Part shown: positions 47,105-62,443 of the stretch, piece by piece
Layout of the letters: the number at the start of each line of letters is the position of its first letter
Position numbering within the stretch: position 1 is the stretch's first letter
Assembly: GCA_964016885.1 (NCBI GenBank)
Contig: OZ024741.1
Location: 107,136,001 to 107,200,000, forward strand
Source of the DNA: Eledone cirrhosa
Taxonomy: Eukaryota
Direction: 5' to 3'
DNA: 64,000 nucleotides
Notes under the pieces: model-generated
The model's input: only the letters and a program-made list of their open reading frames with translations
What the model was told of the DNA's origin: nothing
Database searches by the model: none
Translations under genes and position numbers: made by a program

Positions 47105-47400
47105 ATGTTTAGTTTGAGCATAGTAAGGTTTGGTACATTTAGGTTTGATATATATAGGTTTGGTATACAAAGTTTAGGTATACAAATGTTTCTCATACAT
47201 ATGGTTGTCATACTAATATTTGATATACACACGTTTTGGATGCAAAGATTTGGTGTACGTAGGGTTGATGTACATATATTTGTCATACATGTTTGACATA
47301 CAAAGTTTTGTTATATACAGATTTACAATATATAGGTTTATATTGCATAGGTTTGTCATACGTTGGTTTGGTATACTGAGGTATGGGTTGTAAAAGTTTT
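47105..47400. repeat. Degenerate 15-bp minisatellite
   Basis: Unit about tttg(g/a)tatacatagg. Confidence 0.7.
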
Positions 47401-48086
47401 AACATATATATTGATCGGTCTGCACGTACAGTTTAGCCTCGGAAACGATCGTAAAACAGCGATTAATTAACTACTATATCAAGCTTTAACTTTTACATAA
47501 AAACATATTGACGCAAGCGCACCCCACCCCACAGAAATATATATATATACAAATATATGTATATATATATATATATCCGATTGGCGCTGCGGTCGGAACT
47601 ATATATACATATATATATATATATGTAATAAGAACAAAGTGGAGATGTTACATAGGAGATTTATTGCTCAATCCTGGTTACAAATGTTTCCCAAGCAGCT
47701 GGCTCATGATCTGGAATAGAACTCCCAGACCAGACTCCAAGACTGCTTGATCCTCAGACCAGTGTTAACAAAACAAAAATCACATCAAATCTGTGAATGA
47801 ACCAGCAAAAACACAAAGAAGCATATAGAATAAGCAAACACGGGCCTAGAATTCAACGGAAATACATACCCCGAGCATTACAAGAAAAAAACCCCCGTTA
47901 TAAACAAAAACAAAAACAAAATAAACGGCTATAAATAAAGAAATAAAGAAATATCCACGTATACACGATCACACACATACACACACACGTGCATAAAATG
48001 GTAGGCACACAAACTCTCACACGTAGAAATTGTACATGTACATACATACACACATCCTCACACACCCATACGCATATATACTTACA

Positions 48087-48130
<44 letters not shown>

Positions 48131-48145
48131 TGTAAGTATATATGC

Positions 48146-48206
<61 letters not shown>

Positions 48207-48257
48207 AAGATTGAAGAATAATATGGTCAGCTGTACAACAAGGGGCTTTATTTCAAG

Positions 48258-48351
48258 TATTAACAATTGTTTCATTGATCAGGTGAGTCTAAAGGCCGCT
48301 AAACACTCGACCTTAAATACGGTGTTTACCTCTGATCAAATCCTCAGGATA
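48258..48351 (-). ncRNA. Hammerhead ribozyme with extended stem II
   Basis: CTGAGGA t ttgatcag...ctgatcaa t GAAA caattg TT^; palindromic stem III ACAATTGT; stem I imperfect. Confidence 0.75.
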
Positions 48352-48578
48352 TATGTTGTTATCCCTTAAATATATATATATGCACGCACACACACACATA
48401 AAAAAGAATAAAATAAAAATTTTATTTCTCGCCCTAGCACAGCTGAACAAAGTCAATGTTGAAAAAGCAGGTGACAATCGGTCATCGGCACAGCTTCAAA
48501 TTGAGCCGTATTTTACAAACGAATCGAACATTATTATTAATGTTCGATATAACCCATATGTATATATGTATATATGTG

Positions 48579-48636
<58 letters not shown>

Positions 48637-48816
48637 TAATTTGTACGTGTGCATACTTACATTCATATATATATATAGTTTCGTTGACAAATATATCAAT
48701 GTGCCCAGACACGCAGATATATTGCGCTGGCCTCGGGACCCCCTGCTGGTCCTTTATCCTTGTTCTGGTGACGCAGCTTGATGGAGCATGCAACTATTGA
48801 TATACTCTTACTTATA

Positions 48817-48863
48817 GGCTCTGATGATTCCTGCCATAGGGTATGGATGAAACACTGTTAGCT
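48817..48863 (+). ncRNA. Minimal hammerhead ribozyme
   Basis: ggct CTGATGA t tcctgcc atag ggtatgga t GAAA cactg TT^ agct, then aataaa and (TA)n about 40 nt later. Confidence 0.8.
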
Positions 48864-48908
48864 AATAAAACAATGTATTTCTAAGCACTCTTTGGTTATT
48901 CCTATAAT

Positions 48909-48947
<39 letters not shown>

Positions 48948-49100
48948 TTATTAAAATAACAGATTAAATTTTAAGCAAAGAATCGCTGCTTTCACCCTTA
49001 ACGGGATCTTCTCAATCTAAAAAATCAATCTGTGAACGCAGAAGTAAATGTTTCGAAAAACGTTGCATATACACTCTCACACACACACATATATATATAT

Positions 49101-49180
<80 letters not shown>

Positions 49181-49182
<2 letters not shown>

Positions 49183-49380
49183 CGAAGGAAATGTGGTAAG
49201 GAACCAGGTGGACCATAACTCACCAAAGTACTCAATACTTGAGGTAGTAGAGTGGGTAATAGGAACCAGTAAGACCCCGACAGCTGAGCTCAAGCCGTTT
49301 CGACGGCTAATTCTGGCTAATTCGAGTCCAGAATTAGCCGTCGAAACGGCTTGAGCTCAGCTGTCGGGGTCTTACTGGTT

Positions 49381-49383
<3 letters not shown>
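49181..49383. mobile_element. Asymmetric fold-back element, family A (tail on the left)
   Basis: Arms about 49259-49316 and 49328-49385. Confidence 0.85.
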
Positions 49384-49419
<36 letters not shown>

Positions 49420-49498
49420 GCAAACACATCACAAAAATGCAAGAAAAAGGGTGTTGGTACTCTGGGACGAGTAATGGGGCTACTGTGGCATGACAGGG

Positions 49499-49774
49499 TC
49501 AGTAGGTCACTAAGGTGCGCCCACCTGCGAGATGGGTGAACAGATGGGTCCTTCGGTGCATACAATTACTCAGCATCTCGAACTTAGAGTTGATCGCCCA
49601 CTCCCGTAGCTTTAGGATTTCCACGCTTTCACAGATACAGAGCCGACAAAGTTCGCTGCCCAGCCCCTCGGGGGCCGCAAAACGGAGAATTTTCCACCTC
49701 AATTTGAAGTTCCGGCTCTCATTCTTGAGCCTCCACACGCTCTGGGCTAGACTAGTGTTGGACCTCTTGCTTCT
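49499..49774 (-). pseudogene. C-terminal end of a Penelope-like retroelement GIY-YIG endonuclease (5'-truncated)
   Basis: TSLAQSVWRLKNESRNFKLRWKILRFAAP...CRLCICESVEIL...INSKFEMLSNCMHR matches from memory the PLE pattern TxLSxxxWxLK...WxIL...CxLCxxE...LNxxxExxxxCxH; stop at 49499. Confidence 0.75.
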
Positions 49775-50182
49775 GTGTTTATATAAACATGAAAGATGGC
49801 ATGACCAGAGAGCAACACATTACAATGATTGTATATCAACAAAACGATAAGTGTCTTAACGTTTCGAATGATAGATACAAGAGGAAAGGGGATAGAAGAA
49901 AGAAAATAAAGTATATCAAAGGAGATAGAGAAAAGGAAAAGGAAGAAAAGATATCACGCGTAAATGTTAGTGAAACATCTTAGAAGAAGAATACGAACAC
50001 CCACACTTACACATACATACCTGTATATATACATACATACATACATACATACATACATACATACATACATACATACATACATACATACGTGCATACATAC
50101 ATACGCGCATACATATATACGTGCATATATACATACTCGCATACATAGATACATAAATGCGTACAGAAATACAGACAGACGT

Positions 50183-50278
<96 letters not shown>

Positions 50279-50944
50279 TGTGTGTGTGTATTTGAGTGTT
50301 AGTGTGTCTGTGTATGTGTAAGCAGCGTGAGTAATGGGAATTCCATTGGTGCCTATTAAGATAGAACCTCTTTCTAAAAGACATCTACGCCATATCTCTT
50401 CAAGTTTTTTCTACGCTTGTTCATCGTTGGTTTGTAGCAAATATAATCTACAAATCTATCAATAAGGTTATTGAGAACAATCGAATCTAAGCTATTATTC
50501 TAGGATCCTCTGTTCAATGTTCCTTCTAAACGCAAGATTAGGGAGTTAATCCGGGAAAAATTGATTTGTCTCAAATCACAGAGAATTGGTATTGTTTCTT
50601 TTTCTTCTATCAATCAATAAGACTATAAATACACACATATATACACACGCACATATCCCCGCATATACACACTCACATTCACACATACTCATATATACAT
50701 GTATGCATATGAATGGATATATATATACACGCATATATGCGTGTGTGTGTGTGTATGTGTATACATATATCTTGATTTTATATATTCGTTTCTTGATAGC
50801 AAACATAAAAGTATTAAGGTGGAATTAACACCATAGTTGCATGTATGTATATGTGAATAAATGCATGATTTATATATTAAAGAATTGACTGTACTGTAGT
50901 ATGTATATGCAGTATGTATGTATATATGGCTGGATTTATATATG

Positions 50945-51000
<56 letters not shown>

Positions 51001-51006
<6 letters not shown>

Positions 51007-51026
51007 AAGATGGGTGTATGAAGGAG

Positions 51027-51060
<34 letters not shown>

Positions 51061-51084
51061 TGTAAAGATGGGTGAATGAAGGAG

Positions 51085-51118
<34 letters not shown>

Positions 51119-51144
51119 TATGTAAAGATGGGTGTATGAAGGAG

Positions 51145-51150
<6 letters not shown>
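51001..51150. repeat. Three tandem copies of tgtaaagatgggtgtatgaaggag plus (TA)n, about 60-bp period
   Basis: Direct reading. Confidence 0.9.
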
Positions 51151-51207
<57 letters not shown>

Positions 51208-51210
51208 AAG

Positions 51211-51301
<91 letters not shown>

Positions 51302-51696
51302 TAACTTGTTTATTCGTGTATATGTTTATAAATCTATGTGTCTACTTGACCTCTGGTTAAAACAATATCCGCATTGAATCAAAAGCAACAGCTTGGTTAA
51401 TCGATAAAATAGGTACTAGACTGAAATAAGTAATGGGATCGCTACGACGGAATAAATACCTTTGAAACCATTGAACCATAACACCTGGAGTACAATTTCT
51501 GGTGAACCCAATGAGAGAATAAACGAGTAAAGGAATATACGAATAATGGCATCGATTTTAAATACATGTGTTTATCTCTCTAGTCTCCATTCGAGAAGTA
51601 CTTGATTGTCGCATTGAGACGGCTGGAAAAATGCGCGGAGACACAAAAATCGATGTATAATTTTATGTGCGTATATATATATATATATATGTAAGA

Positions 51697-51766
<70 letters not shown>

Positions 51767-51834
51767 ATTTCTGTTTACCTTTTACATACATATATATATA
51801 TATGTGTGTGTGGTGTGTGTGTGTATAGGTACCA

Positions 51835-52355
51835 CACAAAAACCAATGCTCAGTTATCACAATGGAAACATACCACATCGCTAACGATCCAGAAGTACGT
51901 CAAATGGTGAGCAAAACAAAGGTGAATGTAATCGTTTTCTTCGACTACCGTGGTTTTGTGTATAACCAATATGTACTAGAAGGACAAACACATATATAGG
52001 CGTACTATCACGAAATCTTTCGACGTTTTCATGGGGAAGCTGGACGTAGCAAAACTGGCAGCTGCATCATGACAGCATCCCGGTTCATTCGCCGCAGTTG
52101 ATCGATGACATGTTGGGAAAGAATAGGATGTTGCTCATTTTCCAAGCTCCCTTTTTTCTAGCCATGTCGGCTACTCACTTTTGGTAGTTCTACAAACTAA
52201 AAATGTCACCGAAAAAGTCTAGATACGGCTCCACCAGTGGACGTATCACTGGGCAATGTTTCGAGGCACAAGAGACCTACATTGATGGAAACTACCAATT
52301 GAACATCATCTAGTACTCAATATTTTATCCAAACCTATGGTCGGATGCTTTTTTT
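51835..52355 (+). pseudogene. Decayed mariner transposase fragment
   Basis: SKTKVNVIVFFDYRGFVYNQYVLEGQT...YYHEIFRRF...WQLHHDSIPVHS, resembling mariner VFFDxxG and LHHDNAPxH motifs; frameshifted. Confidence 0.8.
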
Positions 52356-52529
52356 AGAGATTTATTGAACGTGCATATATATATAATATAGAATATTTTC
52401 CCGAGCTGATATCAACATATAATATCAAAATTATCGTATGACTATTACGGAAAGTATATGTCATTGGAAATCACATCAGTGAGATATACTGCGATAACAC
52501 ACAACTAGCTATAGGAAATATATAATATA

Positions 52530-52563
<34 letters not shown>

Positions 52564-53196
52564 CATATACATATTATATATATATACATACACACATATA
52601 TATAATTATATATATATACATACACACACACATACACACACAACACATATATATATATATATTTGTATGTGTACATATATGTATGTATGTATGTGTGTGT
52701 GTGTGTGTATATAATTACTTTTTATTGCCATCATATTATATCAAATATGGGGTGGCTAACGTTGAAGAGACGTATAAACATGGTAGATTATGTGATTTGT
52801 TAATAAATGCTATGATATATCGCATGGGTTTATTTTGTAAATGATGTCCGTCATATTGGTATTACTTCGCATCAGACGTTTTTCATTTGTATTCATTTCG
52901 TTTTGTATACGGTTATGTCAACATATGTTTATTATACGTATTTATTCATTTATATATATATGTGTGTGTGTGTATGCGTGCCTGAACATGTGTCTGAGTG
53001 TATGTGTACTATATATGTTTGTGCGCCGGCGTGTATGTGTGATCCAAGCTGCCATCTGATACATATCGCTAGGGTAGTTGACTAGTTTAGTTATAGGATT
53101 TCGATGTGATTACACATTCGTCGGTCAGCACCTTTATTGTCTGTGCATATATGTATGTGTATATATATTTATACGTGTATATATGTATGTGTGTTT

Positions 53197-53248
<52 letters not shown>

Positions 53249-53517
53249 CGTGTATTTATGTGTTTTGTGTGTATATATATATATATATGTGGGTATATGT
53301 GTGTTTGGGGGGGGGGGGTGATGCGTGTGTGAGTATATATATGTGCGTGTGTTTCTGCATACATTTCCTCGTCATCACATTACAGAAAAACTATCCCTCT
53401 AAATATGAAATGTACACAGATTTTGTTATCAGACCATATGAGGTTTTATGAATTCGTGCAAAGCTGTTTAAGGATGTCTGTATGTGCCTGATTGTGTTTG
53501 TGTGTTGTGTGTGTGTG

Positions 53518-53551
<34 letters not shown>

Positions 53552-54349
53552 CAACACACACAATCAAGCACATACAGACGTCGTTATATCCTATATATAT
53601 ATACATATGTGTGTGTGTGTGTGTGTGTTCATGCGAGTGTGTGCGTATATTTCTGGATGAGTTGAGTGCAGGTATCGATGAATGTTTAATACGGTAAATT
53701 TTCAATATCGAAATCCTGTTTCGATTTACATAACTTAACAAATATCTTCTACCCAAGTCTCAGATCGAACTTAGACATCATAGTGATATTAGTTAAGCAG
53801 AAAACCATTTGGACTACTTTTAATTCAAAAGGCCGGCCTTGTGTCAACGAACTAACCTGAAGATTACTTTAAATGTATTAGCCAACAGATGGTTCCTCCG
53901 TCGGTTTCAGCGGTGAGCATGAAGTTGTTTAACCAACTAAATTACTACTCATTAGATTAAAGTAGCTCACTATTCCAGATATATATATAACTTTAACGTA
54001 ATTTCCTGACAGAATGAGTGTCACAGAATAAGAGAGACGACTGAATAATGGATACTGTCCATATGAAAGTCTTTGTCAACGTAAGACAAACGGAGTCCGT
54101 AATGAAGGAAGCTTGCCATGACAACACGTAGTGGGACCAAATCTGGGACCGCTTGATTGGAAAAAAAAAAAAACTCCAATAACACGACCAAAAGAATCAT
54201 ACTGTAACAAAACGTGCGTCTTGGTCTACTAATTCAGTAGGAAACACGTATTTGATGGACGTATATACCATTCGCACTCGTATTCTTAAATGGAAGAACT
54301 AATTTGTATATAATTAGAGCTCGAGTTGGTAGTAAAAATATAAGATGTA

Positions 54350-54394
<45 letters not shown>

Positions 54395-54638
54395 AAATTA
54401 AAATGAAGAAAGACTATCCATCATCAGTGATCTACAAGCCATCATAGGTATTTCTTCGCATTAAAGACCAGATACCTCAGACTAGCGCGAACAATAACTA
54501 AAATAAGTTATTGTGATAAAAAGAATTGGGTGGAGAAAGAGAGACAGGTAAACAAACATGTAGGTGAGGCAACGTCTATCACATTTGCAACAACACAGCA
54601 CGCCATTTTTCATTCCTATATATACATATATATATATA

Positions 54639-54704
<66 letters not shown>

Positions 54705-54707
<3 letters not shown>

Positions 54708-55025
54708 TGATTAGGGTTTTGGGTTCACAATCTTGTGGTTGCGGTGAGTTAGATTTCCAGAACAGGTGGGGCATTGTATCTGAGCAAGACACTTTATTTT
54801 ACATTGTTCCAGTTTACTAAACTGTAGAAATGGGATGTGATGTCACTGGTGCCAAGCTGTATCAACCGCTACCTTTCCCTTGGAAAACATCATTGGCTTG
54901 CAGAGGTTTGGATTGTATGCATGGGTGACCACTGGTTTTCCACAGAAACACCTCGTCCGGTTTTGTGCCTCGGAGAGTAGCGTTCTGGGTCCAAAACCCA
55001 TGGTCATTCATGACCGACGGAGCTC
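54705..55025 (+). mobile_element. SINE family 2 variant
   Basis: Paralogue of 36901-37205. Confidence 0.72.
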
Positions 55026-55026
55026 C

Positions 55027-55129
<103 letters not shown>

Positions 55130-55239
55130 TAAAAGGAATTCCAACTTTGTCTATTTACTCGTTTTATTTACAATCCTTTAAAATTATAATGATATTATAA
55201 TGAAATAGTATGGTAGAATATTAAATGTTAAGTGTTAAT

Positions 55240-55278
55240 TGAACAAGTACTTTCATGCTTTCGCAATCTTCAGGTTCA
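55240..55278 (-). ncRNA. Minimal type I hammerhead ribozyme
   Basis: tgaac CTGAAGA t tgc gaaa gca t GAAA gtac TT^ gttca; GNRA loop II; palindromic stem III AGTACT. Confidence 0.88.
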
Positions 55279-55438
55279 TATTCAGTGGTGACAGTCAAGT
55301 TTGCAATTTTCAACTGTAATGAGATGGGTAAATTCTGTGCCTTATATACAGTAAAAAGGGGCTACAGAATGCTAAGTTTTGCAAACTGTATTTCGACTTT
55401 TTATTAATATAATCTTCTATACACAATCATTCACACTC

Positions 55439-55555
<117 letters not shown>

Positions 55556-56289
55556 TAAGTAAAATAGATGTTAGTTTTTAAATCGTAGTTTACAACAATA
55601 ACGCAATTCACAAGAATGCTACAAATATAGCATTCATTATATTATTTACAGTATTATAATAATTATTTTATTCAATATGTTTTGTCATGTATGTCTTGTC
55701 CTATTCCATGGAGTCCAGTTACAACAGAATCATTTGTTACTTCAATTATATTTTCTTCAGAATTTCTATTCTCTGTTGGATTTTAGTTTTATGTAATCTA
55801 ACAATACTCACGTTTTACAATATATTGTTCTAGAAATTCTCTATGAAGTGATATTGATGAAGTATATACATATCATGGTGGATTTTAACATTGAAGAATC
55901 TCTAATAATCTTTGAAATATAGAAATTCCCAGCTTGTGCGTTATGTAATTGGATTTCTATGACACTTATAAACTGAATAGATTATGTGTGAAGGGATGGA
56001 TCTTCTTAGAAGATCGCTTTACTTCTGTCTTCTTGGCATTATACCGCTTCTGCAACTGTAGAAACTCTAGTTTGTATTTCATATCTCGTATTCAATTTCA
56101 TAATAGAATTAGAAAGCATCATATTTACATATATATAGCGGCCACCCGATCTTCGCCCCGGTCTGTACTGTGCTCAAATCTATTCATACGGCACCTATTG
56201 TGTTGGGGAACACGTAATTAATTAATATTACAACAGTTTCCACAACAGCACGAAATGAAGGATCAAAACATCTTCATTATCAAGGAATT

Positions 56290-57045
56290 TCTTTTTCTAT
56301 AAATTTAAATGCTGAGGAGTGTTTATCCGTAACTCTGAGTCTCCCCTCCCTTTCCACCTCTGTTATTCGTACTGAAGAAATCTCCGAGGCAGGGAAAATC
56401 AGAAGGTTGCCTCCATACCGTTTTCGGAAAAGAAGGCGATTGCAAGCATCTCGTAGGTCAGGTTAGTAGAAAATGCGCGAAAAAACCTAGGAAAAAAATT
56501 TTTTCACGATTCCCAGCGGATGCTTTTCTATAAATTTAAAAGGTGAACAAGTGTTTATCTGTAACTCCGATGATCCCCCACACTCCATGCCTCTGTTTTC
56601 GGGAAAAGGAGTCGCTGGAAAGTGAATCGGATGTCAGATCGTTTGAAAATAAAATAAATCCCCACAGAAAAAATGTCCAAGCACGGCAATATCCGAAGGT
56701 TACCACATTCTGTTTTCGGAGAGAAAATCGATTGTGAACATGTCGGAGGTCATAATAGCTGAGAACACACGAACAACCTTAATTATTAACAATTTTATTT
56801 AGTATTATTAGTGATCAACGTACAAATAAACTTGCTCTTCCTAAATGTATAGCTGCTGGACGAACGGACAATATCTGTGTACTAAAAAAAGCAGTAAATT
56901 TACACCGATCTCGCTCCCCTCATTTCGATTTCAGAAAATAAGCCATCAGCGAACTTGGGGCAGAATTGAGGAAAACACGAAAAACCTTAATTATTATCAA
57001 TTTTATTTATGATATTGGCGGTCAACGTAGAAATGAACTTCATTT
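56290..57045. repeat. Old diverged tandem duplications (about 210-235 bp units)
   Basis: ttttctataaatttaaa at about 56293 and 56524; aaccttaattatta.caattttattta at about 56775 and 56983. Confidence 0.7.
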
Positions 57046-57051
57046 TTATAA

Positions 57052-57143
<92 letters not shown>

Positions 57144-57146
<3 letters not shown>

Positions 57147-57340
57147 AACGAGTAGGACCCCGACAGCTGAGCTCAAGCCGTTTCGACGGATAATTCTGGA
57201 CTCGGTCCAGAATTAACCGTCGAAGCGGCTTGAGCTCAGCCGTCGGGGTACTACTCGTTCCTATTACCCACTCTACTACCCTAAGTATTGAGTACTTTGG
57301 TGCGTTATGGTCCATCTGGTTCCTTACCACATTTCCTTCG

Positions 57341-57342
<2 letters not shown>
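57144..57342. mobile_element. Family A fold-back (tail on the right)
   Basis: Same layout as 14524-14720; loop ctcgg. Confidence 0.85.
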
Positions 57343-57385
<43 letters not shown>

Positions 57386-57732
57386 AATTGTGGTGCTAAG
57401 TCCGAGGAGACTACTATTTATGGATGTATTCAATGTGTGGGGAGTTGCAGTCTGGGTATACAGATAGGTAAAATCCACCCTCTAAATCTTTATATATATA
57501 TGTGTTTGTGTGAGTGTGTGAGTCTCTGTTTATATGTGTGTGTATGTATACATTCTTTTACTAATTTCACTCATTAGACTGAGGCCATGCTGGGACACCG
57601 CTTCAAATACATACTGTGAATCATATCAACCCCAGAACTTAGTTCATAAATTTCTCTCCACCGAAACTCTATTTTATCGGACATAAACCATTAACACACA
57701 CACGCACACATATATATATATACAGATATGTG

Positions 57733-57810
<78 letters not shown>

Positions 57811-57839
57811 TGTGCGCGCGTGTGTGTGTATATATATAC

Positions 57840-57870
<31 letters not shown>

Positions 57871-57872
<2 letters not shown>

Positions 57873-58057
57873 ACGAAGGAAATGTGGTAAGGAACCAGGT
57901 GGACCATAACCCACCAGAGTACTCAATACTTAGGGTAGTAGAGTGGGTAATAGGAACGAGTAGGACCCCTACGGCTGAGCTCAAGCCGTTTCGACGGCTA
58001 ATTCAGAATTAGCCGTCGAAACGGCTTGAGCTCAGCCGTCGGGGTCCTACTCGTTCC

Positions 58058-58058
<1 letters not shown>
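57871..58058. mobile_element. Family A fold-back (tail on the left)
   Basis: Apex ...gctaattc a gaattagc... Confidence 0.85.
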
Positions 58059-58089
<31 letters not shown>

Positions 58090-58114
58090 CACACATATAT
58101 ATATAGATATATAT

Positions 58115-59085
<971 letters not shown>

Positions 59086-59324
59086 GCATACGTAAATAGG
59101 TAGGTAGATAGGAAAATAGATCAAAATGTTAAACACATACTTTAATGTTTTAATGTTCAACAACTTGAATGCATATGCTGTTGCATGCTGAACATTCATA
59201 GCCAACATCTGGTACTTTATTTATTCAAAACTTTCTATAGATCAAGAATTATGCTCATTTGTTCTCATCTTTTGTTATTATATATATATTTATATATATA
59301 TATATATATCTTTTGTTATTATAT

Positions 59325-59422
<98 letters not shown>

Positions 59423-59849
59423 ATGGGAATTTATATTTGTATATATATATATATATATATGCGTGTGTGTGTTTGCTTGTATTTATTTGTATGTTTATTC
59501 TATTTATTTAAATTTTTCATCTTTTTTTAACAAAGCTTTGCCAATTTGTAAATTTCGTTGTCAGCTTAAAGAGAAAAAAAAAAAAGATATTTTAATTAAT
59601 TGCATATTAATAAATGAATTTCTTAACAGATAAATTCATGCGCCTCAAAGCAGAAAATCAATTTTTACATTTAATATTATAGTGGATCAATTCTATTATC
59701 TAAACCATATACAATTATATATGTTTTTTATAATAAAAAATATTTAAATCACACGCTATTCAGAAATCGATATATTTAATGTATTATCAATAGCATGTTT
59801 CTGTTAGTTCACGTATGTGTATGTTTGTATCTGTGAATATAATATATAC

Positions 59850-60119
<270 letters not shown>

Positions 60120-60120
60120 G

Positions 60121-60151
<31 letters not shown>

Positions 60152-60170
60152 GTATATATATATATACATA

Positions 60171-60358
60171 GGGCGGTGGATTGGCAGTATCGGTAGAGGG
60201 TCGGACGCCATGCTTTCCAGCATAGTTACGTCCCTTTACGATCTGAGTTCAAATCCCGCTGAGGATGACTTTGCCTTTCATCCTTACGGGGTCGATAAAA
60301 TAAAGTACCAGTAATGCACTCGGTAGTTGCTGGCCTTGTGCCTAAAGTAGAAACAAAT
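60171..60358 (+). mobile_element. Full-length SINE family 1
   Basis: A/B boxes, core, tail. Confidence 0.92.
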
Positions 60359-60469
60359 ATATTTATATATACATATGTATATATATATATATATATAAAA
60401 AAAACATGAGAAGAAAGAATACTGCGTGGTTGCACATGGGTTACATATGATAAAAATAGTCCTTCGTCA

Positions 60470-60530
<61 letters not shown>

Positions 60531-60653
60531 CTGGTCTCTTTTGGTCCATGGAGCGCTTGCCAACACAAATCGGAAATTGCGTTTCACTAATTTCTACCCG
60601 CCGAAATGCGATTCTCGCTGAATTTATATTTGTATTTATATATATAAAAAAAA

Positions 60654-60751
<98 letters not shown>

Positions 60752-61001
60752 CAAAATGTTAAAGGAATATTATATGAAGCTACATGCATGCAGCCTTTGC
60801 TCAGTGGTTAAGAAGTTCACATAACGTTTTTACAAGAGTCACATGTTGAACAAAGCCTTGCGATTGAGATTTGCGATATTATTATATGAGGGGACTTCTT
60901 TAACGAATGTAGACCGTTGTGATGTTTCAAGCAATGTTACCATTGTGGTGCTTTAAACGACAAAACAATGTCCAAGCATATTGTGTGTTGCAACGGGTAT
61001 A

Positions 61002-61900
61002 CGAGGTGGGTCAGAAAAGTTCCAGGACTGATGTCACAAAAGATTTATTTTAAACCCAAACTTCACACTAAGAGTTTTCTCCTTCAAAGTAATCACCCTG
61101 GAGTATGTAACTGTAAGCTTAGCTCTCTGAAGCGATCAAACTTTTTCCTTCATAATTTTATATACATGTCCTCTGTTTCAGGTCGTCAAGCAATGAACAC
61201 AGACCAACGAACAAATTTGAAAACTCCATCAGAAGCACTGGCATTGCTACAGCAAGTGTATGGAGATGAGACGATGTCACGCTCACGTGCTTTTGAGTGG
61301 TGCAAGAGGTTTAAAGAAGGACGCGAGGACGTGGAAGATGACTCCAGGAGCGGAAGGCCCTCAACAACCAGGACTGAGGTCAACGTTGAGCGCGTCAGGC
61401 AGATGGTGCGCAGCGATCGTCGGCTGACTGTTCGACTGATGGCAAATGAGCTGGACATGAATCGGGACAGCGACTGGAAGATTCTCACTGAAGATTTGGA
61501 CATGCGGAAAGTCTGCGCGAAGATGGTGCCAAAACTGCTGAACGATGACCAGAAGTGTCGACGCATGCAAGTGTTCCAGGACATTCTCGAGCGTCTTGAA
61601 ACCGAACCAGACTTGCTAGGGACAGTCATCACCGGTGATGAGTCATGGATCTTCGAGTACGACTCGGATCGGAGGGGAACCATTTTGAAGACGTGGGCGA
61701 CATCAAAAAGGCCGTGACGACGGAACTGCGGAGGATCCTGGAAGAATCCTTCCAGGAGTGCATGCAAGCGTGGCAGAAAAGGATGGAAAGTGCATTAGAC
61801 TCCAGGGGATTACTTTGAAGGAGAAAGCTTTTAGTGGGAAGTTTGGGTTTGAAATAAATCTTTTGTGACATCAGTCCTGGAACTTTTCTGACCCACCTCG
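61002..61900 (+). mobile_element. Internally deleted mariner element with about 103-bp inverted ends and TA TSD
   Basis: TA-cgaggtgggtcagaaaagttccaggactg ... cagtcctggaacttttctgacccacctcg-TA. Confidence 0.95.
61220..61833 (+). pseudogene. Mariner transposase remnant (HTH domains, first catalytic Asp, C-terminus)
   Basis: VYGDETMSRSRAFEWCKRFKEGREDVEDDSRSGRP...KVCAKMVPKLL...ITGDESWIFEYD, then a jump to FEDVGDIKKAVT...GDYFEG in other frames. Confidence 0.92.
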
Positions 61901-61977
61901 TATAGCATCAGAAATTGAAACATAATGGAAGTAGACTTCCTTTCGTCCGATCTGACGATTGGTTCTTTTTCACATAC

Positions 61978-62103
<126 letters not shown>

Positions 62104-62443
62104 GCATGCACGCAGACACACACACCAGGAAAACAAAAACATAAAAAAGGAAAAATAAACACGAGAGAACAACATATTACAATGCTGCTATATACTAGTT
62201 TAACGCTTTATATTGTAGGAAAAGTGCCCCATCATTTCGGGCGCTACTACTTTGCCAGACGATATGAAAGAGAGAGGAGGGTATGTTTAGGAGAGACAAG
62301 TAGAAATATTAAGATTGAAGAGAGTTAGAAAAGAATGAAAGCTGAAAAAATTAGATAGGAGGAAACACGTGTGTAGTTAGTCAGCCATTTATTCCCAGAT
62401 TGTGAACCATGGACGATGGTTGATCGTAGTTACTAAATATATT

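Noticed and set aside
51001-51150. Repeat-spacer pattern resembling a CRISPR array
   Set aside because: Spacers are just (TA)n, the context is eukaryotic and there are no cas genes; slippage minisatellite
61186-61767. 193-aa minus-strand ORF, and + strand ORFs at 58331-58892 and 49515-49850
   Set aside because: Antisense shadows of the mariner, LINE and PLE coding relics
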